A stretch of 64,000 nt of DNA from Mytilus edulis (lineage: Eukaryota), in the NCBI RefSeq assembly GCF_963676685.1, contig NC_092352.1, positions 11,780,001 to 11,844,000 on the forward strand. The letters are read 5' to 3'. The notes under the pieces are model-generated. The model was not told where the DNA came from, did not search any database, and saw only the letters and a program-made list of their open reading frames with translations. Each line of letters starts with the position of its first letter. Position 1 is the stretch's first letter. The position numbers and the translations under genes were made by a program. Shown piece after piece: positions 28,901 to 43,900 of this stretch.

Positions 28901-31900
28901 CAATCAGTGAATATACATTATTTATAGCCACAGGATGCGGGCGTAACCTTGGAATGATTACAGGTGACATTAAGGATTACCAGATAGAGACATCATCCAA
29001 CTATAAAGATATTCACCAAAGCAGAGCAATGCAAGGAAGAGAGGGCTGGTGTTCGTCACCTGGAGACAGGGATAGGTGGTTAATGGTAAATATAAAAAAG
29101 AAGATGTTGTATGATTGCCAATTAAGATAGTTCTCCACAAGTGAGCAAATGGCATAGAAATTAACCATAGGTCACCGTAAGGTTCGACAATGAGCAAAGC
29201 CCATACCGCAGAGTCAGCTATACAAGGCCTATAAATGACAAATGTAAAACTTTTCTAACGAGAAAATTATCAAATGTACAATATACAATGTTAAGTACTG
29301 TACTGATTGGTGTATTTCTTCAACTTTTTTGTTCTGTTGTCCTATGATTGCGGTTTTTATTGCCCTGTTAGTATCATCTTGCTTTATCCATTCTGATATG
29401 ATAACTCCAATTAAGGATCAAATGTATCGTTCAACGAGTTATTTTGTATTATGATTGACAACTGTTGGTTTAAAAGTCGAACCTATGTTGTCTTTTGTTT
29501 AACGTTAATTGTTTTGAGCAGTTTTAAATGTTAGTATTATTTATGATTCTGAATTACGATTGTTTTTTTTTTCTCTTTTAATAACCTAGGTTGATCTTAT
29601 TGTACCAACAACAGTTCAGGGAATAACACTTCATGGATGGTATCAGATGAAAAGGATGTTCATTCATTCGTTTGTGGTAGAGCTTGGTCTTCAAGAAAAT
29701 AATCTTATACAGTATGGTGAAGATGGTTTTAATCCTAAGGTAATAAAATTGAAACTAATTTTATAGCTTGTTTTCTTGTTAGGACGATGTTAAGTAAAGT
29801 TATTACTTCTTTGTTCGCGATTCGCTATCGTTCGCGTGATATTGTTTTTCATCATGATATACCAACCTGGATATTTTGTCAGCCTCTAATGTCATTGCGT
29901 TAAGCCCAAAAAACAACAATAAAGTGTAAATTATCTTCATAAATTTCAAAGTGTGTCCTTAACTAATTCCAGGTCAATCAAAATGTGTGTATAACAGATA
30001 GAATGACTGGTTTAACATTGTTTGTCGACATGTTTAAAAAAATATTTTGGAACATATATTAAACGGGTCCTAGAATCGTAGCAAATAATTAGACCAAAGC
30101 AGAACAAAATGCACGAAAGACGAACAAAATTATTTATTTAAATTATTTATATTGAATCTAGTAAAAAATATGTAAAAACAGTAGAACCTAAACAGTTTGC
30201 GCCAGAAAAGAAGGAGGTATTTGTTTTTGTTCCATATTCTGCCGTTTTTTTAAATTAATCAACGTTGTTTACATCTGATACGTTGTTATTATGTCTAGTT
30301 CAGATAAATTAATTATGTAATTTATAACTACATTTACTATTGATGCAGATTAATAGGAATTGAACAATTCATCTTCACCTTAATATTCCAATATACATTA
30401 CACAGGTATCAGTTTAAAAATGAAATGATTTTAATGACTCAAAACGATAATTTCCTCAGTCACCGTTAACGTTTCTTTCAATTTAGAAGACAAAAATGAA
30501 AACCGGATGTTTTGCGACAATAGTAAAACGACCAATTCAGGACTCATTTCAGGTTTAGTTCTGGCTTATCAAATTCACAGGAAAATATCGGCTTTTTATT
30601 TTTTTTACCTTTGATCGTGTTTGAATATCAATGATTATAGTTGCACTTGTTTTATTTAGCATGAAATCATTTTAATTTACGATTTAGTGTCTAATTTGCG
30701 GAAGAGAATTTCAAGCATGCGTATTACATAGTAAACAAAGCACGTGTGTTGGCAGTGAAACAAATGTAAAATATAATGTAACACTCTATTTTGAATTACT
30801 CGAACTAGCTATAGTCATGAAGTACTGTCGGGTACTATTAACTTCGACTTATCGAGGTACTGTAGATATATATATATATAAAATTCTGAGGACTTGTGCA
30901 ACGGTAGTAAGATACGGAGATGATGTTATAAAATCGGGTTTGACAAATATTTCTGTTTATCACATAGCTTTCGTCAATGTCAATAGTTTTAGCAGTACTA
31001 AATATTTGTGTAAAATAACTTAATAGTATAGAAAAGGTTTGAACTATTGTATATATTTAAAATCTCGAAACTCATCAATAAAAAAAATTTAATAGTCTAT
31101 AAACGTGGTTCCGTATCTGTAATCCCAAATTGTTCAAATGCAGTTTTATGTATAAATGTTTGTAAAATATTAGAAGAACCTCTCTATCAAACTGCTAGTA
31201 CTTCATGTTGGTATCGTATGAATGAAGTCACATTTAGTTCCTTTATCCAGAATTTTTTCCGAACATGTCGCTGGGTATCACTCCAGTTCTATAATATCAC
31301 TAGGACGTTCATGCTGCAAAAGTCTCAAGTCTATAATTCGACTGTCTAAAGTGCTGGCTAACTGGGAAGAGTGGATTGTTTTAGCGATATCACTTCTACT
31401 TATTGAGGCGTCAGTGGAAAGGCTGCTTTGACTCTTCAACATATTGGAGGCCACAAATCGAACATTCTAGAAAGCACATAGCATTAATCCTATTGCAGGT
31501 CATATTGCTAATTATTCAATAGTTGTTTTCGGTTGCCTTTCTGTAGACATTTGAGGAGCGATGTATTTGTAGGAGCATTTGCAGCATTTTTCATCACAAG
31601 AACAACACAAACCAGAAGTACACCCGGATCAGACACATCAGCCGCACCAGCAGTTTTAGCAGACTATTGGGTTGTTTAAAAGCAACCATGAGGATTCGGC
31701 AAAAATCTTGGACTGTTTGTAATTCTTGCAGAGTTGATGTCATAACACAGGCACTTGTTTCTATCCATAGGAAGGTCGACTATCCATATAAATAGAAGAA
31801 GGTGGCTAACGAAATTTTTTTTTAGGTCACGACAGTCTCCACTTCGGACGCTTTTTCTACCCTTCAACTTAACGCTAAAAATCCCTACCTTATATGAATC

Positions 31901-34900
31901 GATTCAGTGAATATTTTCCTTTAACACTAAACTAATTTCATAATCCCCACAGTGTTCCTCTTCACGGTAATCTACTCTCAATTCACTAAACCATGTCGAA
32001 AACTTGAACTACCATCTTTTCAATGTATCTACTTCTGGTTGACATCGCAGTAAATTTATTTTGTTTTCATTGACTCAGTTTCTTTCCCCTAATTCTTATA
32101 ATAGTTATCAAAGGTACCAGGATTATAATTTAGTACGCCAGACGCGCGTTTCGTCTACATAAGACTCATCAGTGACGCTCATATCAAAATATTTATAAAG
32201 CCAAACAATTACAAAGTTGAAGAGCATTGAGGATCCAAAATTCCAAAAAGTTGTGCCAAATACGGCCAAGGAAATCTATGCCTGGAATAAGAAAATCCTT
32301 AGTTTTTCGAAAAATTTAAACTTTTGTTAACAGGAAATTTATAAAAAAAAATTACCACATTATTGATATTCATGTCAACACCGAAGTGTTGACTACTGGG
32401 CTGGTGATACCCTCGGGGACGAAACGTCCACCAGCAGTGGCATCGACCCAGTTATAAATCTGAATACGTTTTTTACCTCCAAAATAAAAGATCGATGAAA
32501 ATCTTTAGAGTTACCATATACATTCGGAATTCTCTAGTATTATCGAATTCATTCAAATAAGTTTCTGACTTTCTGATTATTTTAATAACAACCATAAATG
32601 TACTTATTTCGGTGAAATTCCAGCTTTAAAAATATATTGATAATGAAAATAATAACCTGGTAATTTTACAGAATCATTTCGTTTTTAAAAAGATAGCATT
32701 CTGCCCACAACCGGAAGTAGATACATTGAAAAGATGGTAGTTCAAGTTTTCGACATGGTTTAGTGAATTGAGAGTAGATAACCGTGAAGAGGAACACTGT
32801 GGGGATTATGAAATTAGTTTAGTGTTAAAGGAAAATATTCACTGAATCGATTCATATAAGGTAGGGATTTTTAGCGTTCAGTTGAAAGGTAGAAAAAGCG
32901 TCCGAAGCGGAGACTGTCGTGACCTAAAAAAAATTTCGTTAGCCACCTTCTTCTATTTATATGGATAGTCGACCTTCCTATGGATAGAAACAAATGCCTG
33001 TGTGTCATAAACCGCATGAAAAGCTTAGTGAATGAACAAAACATCCAGTCGAGTGATGATCAGGGATAGGTTCGGCAAAACATCTGGATACAGAAACTTA
33101 TTGTCTAAACGGAATCAACCGGAAGAACTACCAGTTTACACATTTATACATTCTACTGTATTTTGACAATTTAAGATGTAAAGATGCTCAGTCACGTTTC
33201 TAGAATATTGTGTTTTATTTTTATGAGAATCCAGATTTAGGATAAAATCAATGAATCAAACGAAAATGTATTACTGAGCTCTTTTACGCAAAGAATTAGT
33301 ATTGTAAAAATTATTGACATTGATGAAGGTAATTTGTTCAACTGAAATATTTGTGGACACGATTTGATTATTAGTACCGTTCTGCAGATCTTACGACATT
33401 TATATGTTTTCCCTTGTCGTCGGAGTATCATCTGGTCCGGTACATTTTAAATTTGATGGTCGTTCCTTTTTGTAGACTTTTAGATATATAAAAAAGCACA
33501 TGATTGTGTTTGTGATTCTTATACACAGGTATTAACCTAAATATATATGTACTACATTTTTATGAAAATTCATTTTGTGTTTATGAATACATATTTTTGT
33601 ATGAATAATTTTTACATTATTTTCTTTAAATGTATATGACGCAACAAAGCTGCACAATGTTCTTCGCGCAATACTTACTTATTTGTCATAATTCTAAATC
33701 ATTTTATGGAGTAAACTGTATTAATTATAAATCTTACTTGTATTCGATTAAAGTTTATAATGCATGTATTCATCATTTATGTTTTGTTTCTAAGTCAAAA
33801 CTAGGTAAGAATATTTTGTCAATAATTTAAGTTTGCTGAATCTAAAATTGAATATAAATATTTTCATTTTTTTTAGATTTTCACTGTCAATACCATCCAA
33901 GATGTACACATTCTACAAAAATTTTGGTTTTTGCATGAAATACTTGCAAGATATATAAAGATAAAAGTCATAGAGCCCAGTGACGAAATTGCTTGTTTCA
34001 AAGCAGAATTCATTGGATGCCAAATATATGGTAATACATTTTAAAAAGATTTAAAATTAAACTCATCTCGTACATTTTAAAATATTCTACTATATAATTA
34101 TGTGGACTGCTGAACTTGTGACTTGTACTTTTATTTGTATAAAACAGATTTCGAAAGGAACCCAATAAGACGTAAAACTAGAAACAATGCAAGAAGCAAT
34201 TACATTCATAATTCAAGTAAAAACAGACAACGACATAACACATAAAAACAAACTAAACATTGAGATAGACATACACCTGGAAACAACCTGATTCAATGCT
34301 GACGTTTGTCTTGATACTCCAGCGAATGAACATTGGACGATAAGTTGCTTTCGGAGATTTAACAAATAAGGAAAAGAAGATGTTACAAATTGAACATATT
34401 CATATTTAGAATTCTTGATTTTCAAAGCTTTTAAGCAGAAGCTGTAATCACTTCCGGAAAACACGAATGATACCTCTTGATTTATATTGATAAGTTGTAA
34501 CATTGGTAAACTAGCGTTGCCTTAAGCAAGTTTTCAATGTTGTGTTTAATAGGATGTTTATATGTCTATTCATCTTTTGTTTTCACCTCTGAGTTGACTG
34601 TTTTCTTTGTACGGCTTTTGATTTAATTCCCTCATTAATAAAAATTAATGGGATCACATCTTGTTTTGGTACCAATCTTAAGTTGACGACAAATTAGTAG
34701 TATATATTGAAAAGTTAAAAAAGTAAAAGCGTTGTAAGTTTTCTTTTCGACTCATTTTTTTTGTTTTATTGTTTTGAAAATTTTAGTCAGAACTCTTGAT
34801 AAAGATAAATAACAAAAAGATAAAATAATACATTTCATTAATCAAAGGGAAACTGTATGCAACTCAATTGAATGTCTTTATTGTAAATAAAGGCAACAGT

Positions 34901-37900
34901 AGTATACCGCTGTTCAAACTCATAAATCCATGGACAAAAAACAAAATCGGGGTAACAAACTGGGAAACGTATAAATATAAGAGGAGAACAACGACACAAC
35001 ACTACAATGTAACACAAACAGAAACAGACCAAGCATCAGACAAAATCCCACGAGAATAACAAATATAACATCAAACCCAAATACAGGAAATAGGGATAGA
35101 CAAGTACCGTGACACGTCTTATCGCAATGTGAATTTACACTCAAAAATAAGAGAAAACAAACGACGCAACATTAAATTGTAACACACACAGAAACGAACT
35201 ATAATTTAACAATGACCATATTCCTGACTTGGTACAGGACATTTTTAAAGGAAAAAATGGTGGGTTGAACCTGGTTTTGTGGCATGCCAAACCTCGCACT
35301 TTAATGACAATGTTAAATATAACATTGAAATAACAACATAATATTACAGGACTACAATACAAATAAATAGGAGAACGTATTAGACAAAGAAACACATGAT
35401 TAATGAATAACACAATTTTCAGGTTTAAAATTCAATACGCCAAAAACGCGCCTTGTCCAAACAAGACTCACCAGTTACGCCCAGATATAAAAGATCGAAA
35501 GCGATAAAAAGTACAAAGTTGTACAGCACCGAAGATCAAAAGGCTATGTTTTTATGCTTGGGATAAGAACATCCTTATTATTTAGAACAATTAATGCTAT
35601 TGCAAACAGTAAATTTTATCAAATGAATATAACAGATATACATAATGAAACTGAAATATTAACTCATTACATAAAACAAACACGAATACATAATGCAAAA
35701 AGACCCACACAGAATAGACACACCCGACTCAGTTCAGGCCTCAACGCAGTAAATTATGAAAATGACGTCACATACCATGATGAAAAGGCATTAAAAATTA
35801 CGTCACATTTGAATATATGAAATTTCTGAAACAACAGAAAAATGACGTCACATATGAAAAACTATATCTCAAAAGTAAGATAGAATTAGGATTGATTAAA
35901 GATTATAATAGAACTAAATACTGATATTGCATTTTAACACAATGCATATTGCATTACTTATTAATAGCAATTAACTATGATATATATATATGTCCAGTTT
36001 GTTATGAATCCAATTTCAAACGTAAATAATCGTACAAATTACGTTGACCAAAATTAAATCTAATAAATAACGGCGGTGATTAATTTTTCTTTCCATAACA
36101 CATAAATATAATAGAAAAGACGTCAATACATTTGACAAAATCCGATGAGAATTACAAATATAACATTAAACATTTAAACTAAATACATGAATTTGGGATA
36201 GACAAGTACCGTCACACGTCTTATAGTAATGCGAATTCACACTCAGCAAAGCAGTCACAATCGGGAATAAGTCACGTTTGGTAATTAAAAGATTAGACGA
36301 CATAATGACGAACCACAAAAGTGAGGCAACCGGTAACCAACGGATATTCAGACTTATATGTAAATTTATACATTTTTAATCAGACAACAATTACAATGTC
36401 TTTAGTTCTTTAAAAATAGCAAAAACATCTATGACGCTGAGACGATGTATATCCCAACTGTATCTCTACATAAGGTTCTGATGGTTTGGGGGAATACAAC
36501 GTTGTGAATTGTTAATTATCGAGGTGGTATGGTCGTCTAGACCAGTTTTATTTAAATTGATTGATATAGCCATGTATGCTTGAAGTGCAACATGATTCAT
36601 GATGGTAAACAATATAAACACAACCATAATCGACTGTTTTCTTACTATAGGTTGTCGTAATATATGGTGTAAAGAATCAGAAGGTAGTCTCTTCCGTCAA
36701 CCGAAGAAAAGCATTGATATGGGATTTGCTTCTGTTCGACATTTTGAAACACACTATTTCAGAATATGTGATAATTCAAGTATGAATTTTGAAGAATGCC
36801 AACAGCTGACTATGGCTAAAGGATACATTGGAAATGTTTATGAGGAATCAAGAAACCACTGTTGTTATTACAATACAAGTAGCACCAATAGACACTACAA
36901 ACATAATTGGAAAAGAAATGAATTCGAAGATGTAATAACATCCGAGAGACTTTGTTTCTCAGGTAAAGATCCAGTAAAATGTCTTTATTATATACATCAA
37001 TAACATCTATTATGAACATATTAAATAAGATGTAACAAATATATAAAAGTATAAAATACCAAATATACAAAAATATAAAATTACAAATGTGGTGTGTTAA
37101 ATTCACATGAGAATTGATATCAAAGAAATATCAAAACTCCTTGGTCTACTACAAACTGGCATGCGATGGCAAAAATTCAAAAAAAAACACAAAACACAAA
37201 GCAAAACGAGGGATCGGAAAGGGTTGGGTAAATACTGAATAGCAAATAGCATTTTTCAAAAGCCATCAAATTCATCATTACAACCTGCAATTCAAATATT
37301 AAGGGGTAATCTAAATGATAAGCGGAACGACAGTCAAAGATAAACTCTGTTTCTTCGGGAAGGTAAGCAAATACTGAAACTCGAGCATTAAGTACTTCTT
37401 TTATATTTGATATTTTGTTTAAATTTGAATGTCCTATTTACAACTATCCATACTTTCTACTTTTTACCCATGAACATTGGAGATTTATAATATATGCCAG
37501 GCATTAAAGAAGCGATACAAATTTACCATTTTTATTATCTTGACACGAAATTTGTACATTTTTGGGATTGATAAGACGTAAAGAAACACCAATTCTAACA
37601 TGACGTCCTTCAAACGCTTTGAGTACACAACCGTGGTAAAATATGAATATATTGCCAGTGCTGTTCCGATTGTACTCCCACGTCATATGCTTTTTTATGA
37701 ATGAGATACCCGACGTCATAGAACAATGACGTTAGAATTGTAAGCATTTTACGGGAAAATACACGCTTGTGAATCCGAAAATCATCACAAGGAAACATAC
37801 ACAAATGATGCTAAAATGTGGCAAAAGCCCTTTATTGTACATCATATATAAGACATATAAATAAATTATCATTCAAATTCATCCAAAACTGTCTAAATAC

Positions 37901-40900
37901 ATTATTTTAAATAGTTTAAGCATGTCACTAATGCAGTTTGCTCCGTTCTTTTACGCTAGTTTATTAGTGCGTTTATTTATGGGAACGGCAAATATTTGCC
38001 TACACCTAGAGCGCTTCGATCCAAAAGAATTGCCGTATGTGTCCTATCAGAATCGAAATAATTCATGGGGGCTTGAATATATCTAGATTTTACCACGGGT
38101 TGTCCCTTTATGCCGATATTTTACCCCTCGCTATCGCTCAGGGGTAAAATATTTGTCATAAAGGGCCAACCCGTGGTAAAATCAAGATATATTCAAGCCC
38201 CCATGAATTATTTCTTAATCAATCAACATGACTAAGTGCATCAACGATTTCTCTAATAATCTAAGTAATAAGGCATGCGCCTACAGTTTTAGTGGTAAAG
38301 CTTGTCTAATTGTTTTAACAATGATTCTTTTTTTAAGGATTTTACCGACTAACCTATCCGTTGACAGAAAGTAAAATGTTTCAAGCTACAGCAGGATATA
38401 TTGATAATATATATTCTCCATTGTTTCCATCAAATTATCCACAAGTAATAAATCAACATACAACAGTGCATTGCTCTCCAGGAATGTACTTGAAGTTGAC
38501 CATTATATATGCATCATTTGCCAACACTGAGACTGAAGAACAATTGCAACAAGTAAGTGAACCTTAGATTGCGATAAAAGAGGGTTGAAAGACACTAAAG
38601 TGAGAGTCAATTAGGTGTAAGCAGTTTTCACTTTATAGTTCTTCATGTTTTAAATATCATCTCTATTTATGAAAAATAATAGAGATCTTATAGCTGTTGT
38701 ACCTCAAAAAAAAATACACAAATATTTTTATTACGTATATTATACAAATATGAGAATCATTTATGAGCTTTGTCGGTATGAAACATGTCAATTGTGACAC
38801 ATCTCACTTCTGCAAATAACTTGATAATTTCTACACTCCATGAAATATAGTTGTAACAGGATGTCTGTGTAAAAGTCTGTGATTAATTATACTGTTTGTT
38901 TTTTTTTCTAAACAGAGTGGCCATTCATATATGCATCGAAGTACTTGTAAAGACACATTGTCTGTAGACATTGGAACAGGGAAAGATATACAAATTACCA
39001 GAAATAACCAGGAGAGATACAGATACGCGTCGTTCATGGCAACTAGGGATTACATCAAAATACATTTCAAATCATGTTTTACATACACTATAACAGAAAA
39101 CGCAATGTACCAACTTCAAATTGAATCTATCGGTAATATGTTATGCGTAACTTATTATTGTTTTATCTTCTTACGATATGTATTGAAATTTCAATTCAAA
39201 CACTGAGGAGAATCAGCCATTTTAAAAATCGATAAAAATATTTACAATATAAAAAATACCAGTGGAATCACCCCTTGATCCCCCTAAAAACACAAATATA
39301 AATGGGTATAGTTTTACTATCTAATCTTACATAAATAGTAAGGTCTTTCAACATCAACCTGCAATTGTTATCTTATTTTCTTTATCCATTAATCAGTATC
39401 AGTAACCATATTATTAACCTTATAAAGTCACGTTAAAATAACTATGTTTTTGATGCACTTGTTGCTGTTTTTATTTTGTTTTCTCATATCTTCTATGTAA
39501 ACTGCTAGTTTTGTGAATATTTTAAGAATTACTAAGCATGGTTATGAAGCTATAAGTTACAAAAACAAATTATTGTCTTCTAAGACAGGTCAAAGATATC
39601 ACATGGATATTCAAACTCGGAAATGAACTGCATGTTCAAGAATATTGGACATTTCCAAGCGAGATAACCCAAGTTGTTTAAGAATTTTTTTATAAAAACT
39701 CTGATAGTTTCAAATTGCTTATCGAGATATAATTTTATTATGACGCATGATATCTCGTATGTATATTTAAATTAAGTCTTCATAATTTTGTTAAATTGAC
39801 ATAACCTCGGTTTTGAATGTATCTGTGTTATTCTATTGTTCATTTTATTTTATGAAAACAAAATACGTCATTATGATACATTTTTCTGTATCAAATCTCT
39901 TAAAATTCGATAAAACTTTAAACTACAATTACCACTTTTTATTTCTAAATAATGAAAGTAGACAAAGCAGAAACTAATATAATGTCAACCTTTCTAATAT
40001 GTCGATCCATTTGTATACTGTACATACATCATCTATCGAACGGAGGTTTGGAGTGTGCATTTCAAAATACAGTTGACAACAGAAAACATTGATTTAAAAT
40101 AAATTTTTTTTAATAATTAGATTTTTTTTTTTATTATTTTTCAAACTTATCTGCTATGGAAAAATTAACTGCGACGAAAAATGGATTTTTTACGACTTTT
40201 TTTTAAAGCATCAACCCATAGTCAAAGTTATAATAACCACAATAGAAGCATAGTGGGTAAAGAAAAAAACATGAATGTTCTTTTTTTTTTTTTGAAGAAT
40301 CATATTTGGAAATCCTTCTAAAGTTCAATTGCAATGCATTTTTTTTATCACATTTAAGGTAAAACAAATATATTAAAAAACAGAGTATAAGTGTTTCTCG
40401 TTTACATCATTTATAACTATTTATAAAATTTATCAATGACATAGCACATGTACTAATTAATGTAAAGAAAATGTCCTTCATTCTTGTGTATGACAATGTT
40501 AGAATAAAAATCGAAAATCTACCCAACCGTATTATCCTTAACGTTACAGATAATCATCCTAATTATTTTAAAAAATGAATAATTTCAATTTTTATGGTAT
40601 TTTCTTAGTTTAAACAAAGGTCACATCGCAAAAGTTTCCCCTTCAAATTACATAATAATACATAAAGAACACGGTTACCCCCCTTATTTACTTCTAATGA
40701 AATGTGTAGTTTATATATATATATATATATTAATTAAAGTTACGGTATCAATTTAAAACCATATTCATATGAATTGAATACTTGATATGAATTTAGTTGC
40801 TAGAGATAACCATATATGGTACATTCAAAATCTCAACTTCACATTCTCGTAATTGTTCTCGGCAATTGATTTATCATTATTATTATGCGTGTTACCAGGT

Positions 40901-43900
40901 AGCTGTGTAGAATTGATTTATGTTCTTTCAAATGTTTTTGAGATTTCCCAGATAAATGCAAATGCAAAATATGCTTCAAAAGCAACATCACCATGCAATG
41001 CACAACAGTTTGACAAAAATCTGGCGGTTTAAAGACTTAAATGTTAATATTGCACATTTGCATGATTAAAGGTCTAGTGAAAAACTTCCTCTCATAACAG
41101 AATCCGCATTACAGCGTTTGTTTTCAAATAATTTAAAAATGATGTAGTATAACTTTTGTATTTTGAGTTCTGATATCATACATCATGATAAATTTTACTA
41201 GTAGTTTAATTATAACAAAAAATAAAATTACAAAAATACCGAACTCCGAGTAAAATGAATAACAACTGTCATATTCCTGACTTGGTACACTCACTATACA
41301 AATATAAATATATCAACAAAGAAAAACTGCCATATGAACAAAGCACATTAGCAAAAAGGATAATATCACAAATCAATAACACAATGACGGAATGAACAAG
41401 TACTTGCATCGTCGAATGGACACTACCAAAAATAGACTAAACAGAAAAAAGTAATAATTAACAAAGGCAAATAATAAAATACTATAATAAGTTATTAAGA
41501 GGATAAACAACGAACAAGTAAATTAGATCAGTAAATTTGTATTAGGCTCGAAACTTTTGAGGAGAGAGATAAACCTCTTCTGATATCATTTATAAGCTTA
41601 AAAAACTCTGTGACAATACGGTTCATAAAAGAATGATATATATTCCCTCAAAAGTTTCGAGCGGTATACAAAACATGCAATCTATCTGTTTTTGACCTGC
41701 TTACTTATAAGTTGTTTCTCATGTGCAAATGCATTTATCTAAACATTAAATATTGAAAGACATACTTTGTTGAATGTCAAAATGTATCATGCAGCTGCTT
41801 TAACTAGTTTGTAAACCATATATCCATCCATTGTTTTGTCTTTAAAGCAAAATAAAACATATTTCAGAATATCCTGGATGTGGAGTGAATACCATGAAGT
41901 ATGCACAATGTACTGCGAAAAAGGCATATATATCATCTTATTTATATCCATCGTTATATACAGCATCGGATACAAACACGTGGAAAATCAGAGGTCGCTA
42001 TGGACAATATATCGAACTTATGTTTATAGAACTCGATGTGAAAATCAAGTCATTAATTGATTCGTATGTTGAAGTGTTTGACTTTGATATCTCGAAAGAG
42101 CGATCCGAATCTTTTGGGCGATTTACCAAGGCTACAATGCCACACATAAGTTTGATATCAAGTTGGCATATAATGGATGTAGAATTCCGTGTTGGAAATG
42201 ACTTGACCGGAAGGGGATTTCTTGGTTTATATACGATAAAAGATACGGTGTTTGAAACCATTTCTAATGTCTCTGGTAAGATTTATATTAGAATTTTTGC
42301 TTGCACGAATACCAAATGTTCATTCCACCTATCAAACTATGGGTCAATTACATTGAAATGTAATTAACTAAATTACACATTATATTGCAAAAATGGTGTA
42401 ATACATTTATTATCATTAGACAGTTTTTTTTAATGTAATTACCTAAATTACAATTACTATACTAAAGTAATTAATTGAATTACACATTACGTTTTACCAT
42501 AAAAAAAAAATTAACAATATATATAGAAACGTCGCACGATACTGGTGTCACCTAACGTTACACACTCAAAGACGTAAGCCAAAATAAAAACGTTGGAATG
42601 CATGTTGTTCAGATGGCTTTTTACAATAAATTTTAAAGGATTGATTTTTTTTCCTAAAAAAGGATTGATTGTTTTTTCTTAGATAAAAGATGTTAAGCTT
42701 TAGTTTTATTAACAAATTAAAAATAAAAAAGTAACTTGAATTGAAACCATTTGTTTTATATACATTTTAATTATAAAGGCAATCGATTACTTTTTTTATG
42801 GATAAACTATGCACTGCAAATGCACTCATCTTTGTCATCTTTGCACTCCAGAATGTCAAGGTGAAAGTACTACGGCATATCTAGCATGTTAGTTCTGCAC
42901 AAATATATGCAAGGGAATTAGCGGGAACAATTATTATTGCGGGTTTTTTTTCTATTAATTTGTATTATAGCGGATCAGACTATTATAGTCCGGAAAACAC
43001 TTCAGTTCCACGAGAAAACTTCTCCCAACCCCTTCTTTATGAATCGGTAGAGCTTCCACATAAAACAATAATTTTTAAGTTTTCTTATTAAGCAACAAAA
43101 TAAAATAGCCGTATTCCAAATCGTCTGTGAAAACCGCAATAATGACAATTAGACGGAACGTTAGAAGTATATTTTATTAAATAACGTCAAAATCGTATGT
43201 GGGGACTTTGTATCGGACATTTTAGTTTTATCTGATATCTCGTATATTATATTTAATTTATGGGAATTTAATATCAAAATAGAGCTAATTTTTTGTACTT
43301 TTATCCATTATAATTTGTTTTATGTAGCGAATGGCACTGTATTAAATAAACATCATGAAAAAACAGAAAACGTAACCATACGTTTAATTTAGTTTGAAGG
43401 GGACAAAATGTCGGACATTGCTATTCAACTCGAATAATAAGAATTTATTTTTAAAAAAATCCTGATTATTGCATGAGGCGAAAGTGTGATCTTTGTACAA
43501 AATACTAGTATAAGAATTATTTACTTTCGACATGGGGATTACTCTGAAATTCCCTTTTTTGAGACAATTTAACAAAAATTACGGCAACCTTTCGTGCATG
43601 GGACAAATAATTTGTATCATCTTGATCCCTTTTTTTTAAATTCCCGTCTTTTCGAGAGAAAAAAATCGACAGTACGTCATCGCCCAATTATGAATTGCTT
43701 GTTCTAGACAAACTTTTATATCGTTTGGTAATAAAATTTATATGTTTTTTACGGTATTCAGAATTTCATAAAACTAAAAGTGTAACGCGGGACAAGGAAA
43801 TCATATTGCAAAGTAAAGGTTTTATTGAGTTTTAATTAATGAAAAGGGTCTGTTACATATACAAAATTGTAATAATATGAAAGAAGAGTTTAAAAGCTTT

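Larger units (their letters stand above)
31745..33003. repeat. Long inverted repeat: arms 31745-32041 and 32708-33003 (about 296 bp, few mismatches), 666-bp spacer
   Basis: direct reverse-complement comparison. Confidence 0.92.

Noticed and set aside
32396-32445. Plus-strand CTGGTGA...GAAAC as an opposite-polarity hammerhead
   Set aside because: Conserved A6 is G, helix II lacks its closing pair and helix III/triplet geometry does not fit; the HDV-like topology also lacks the L3, P4 and J4/2 consensus.
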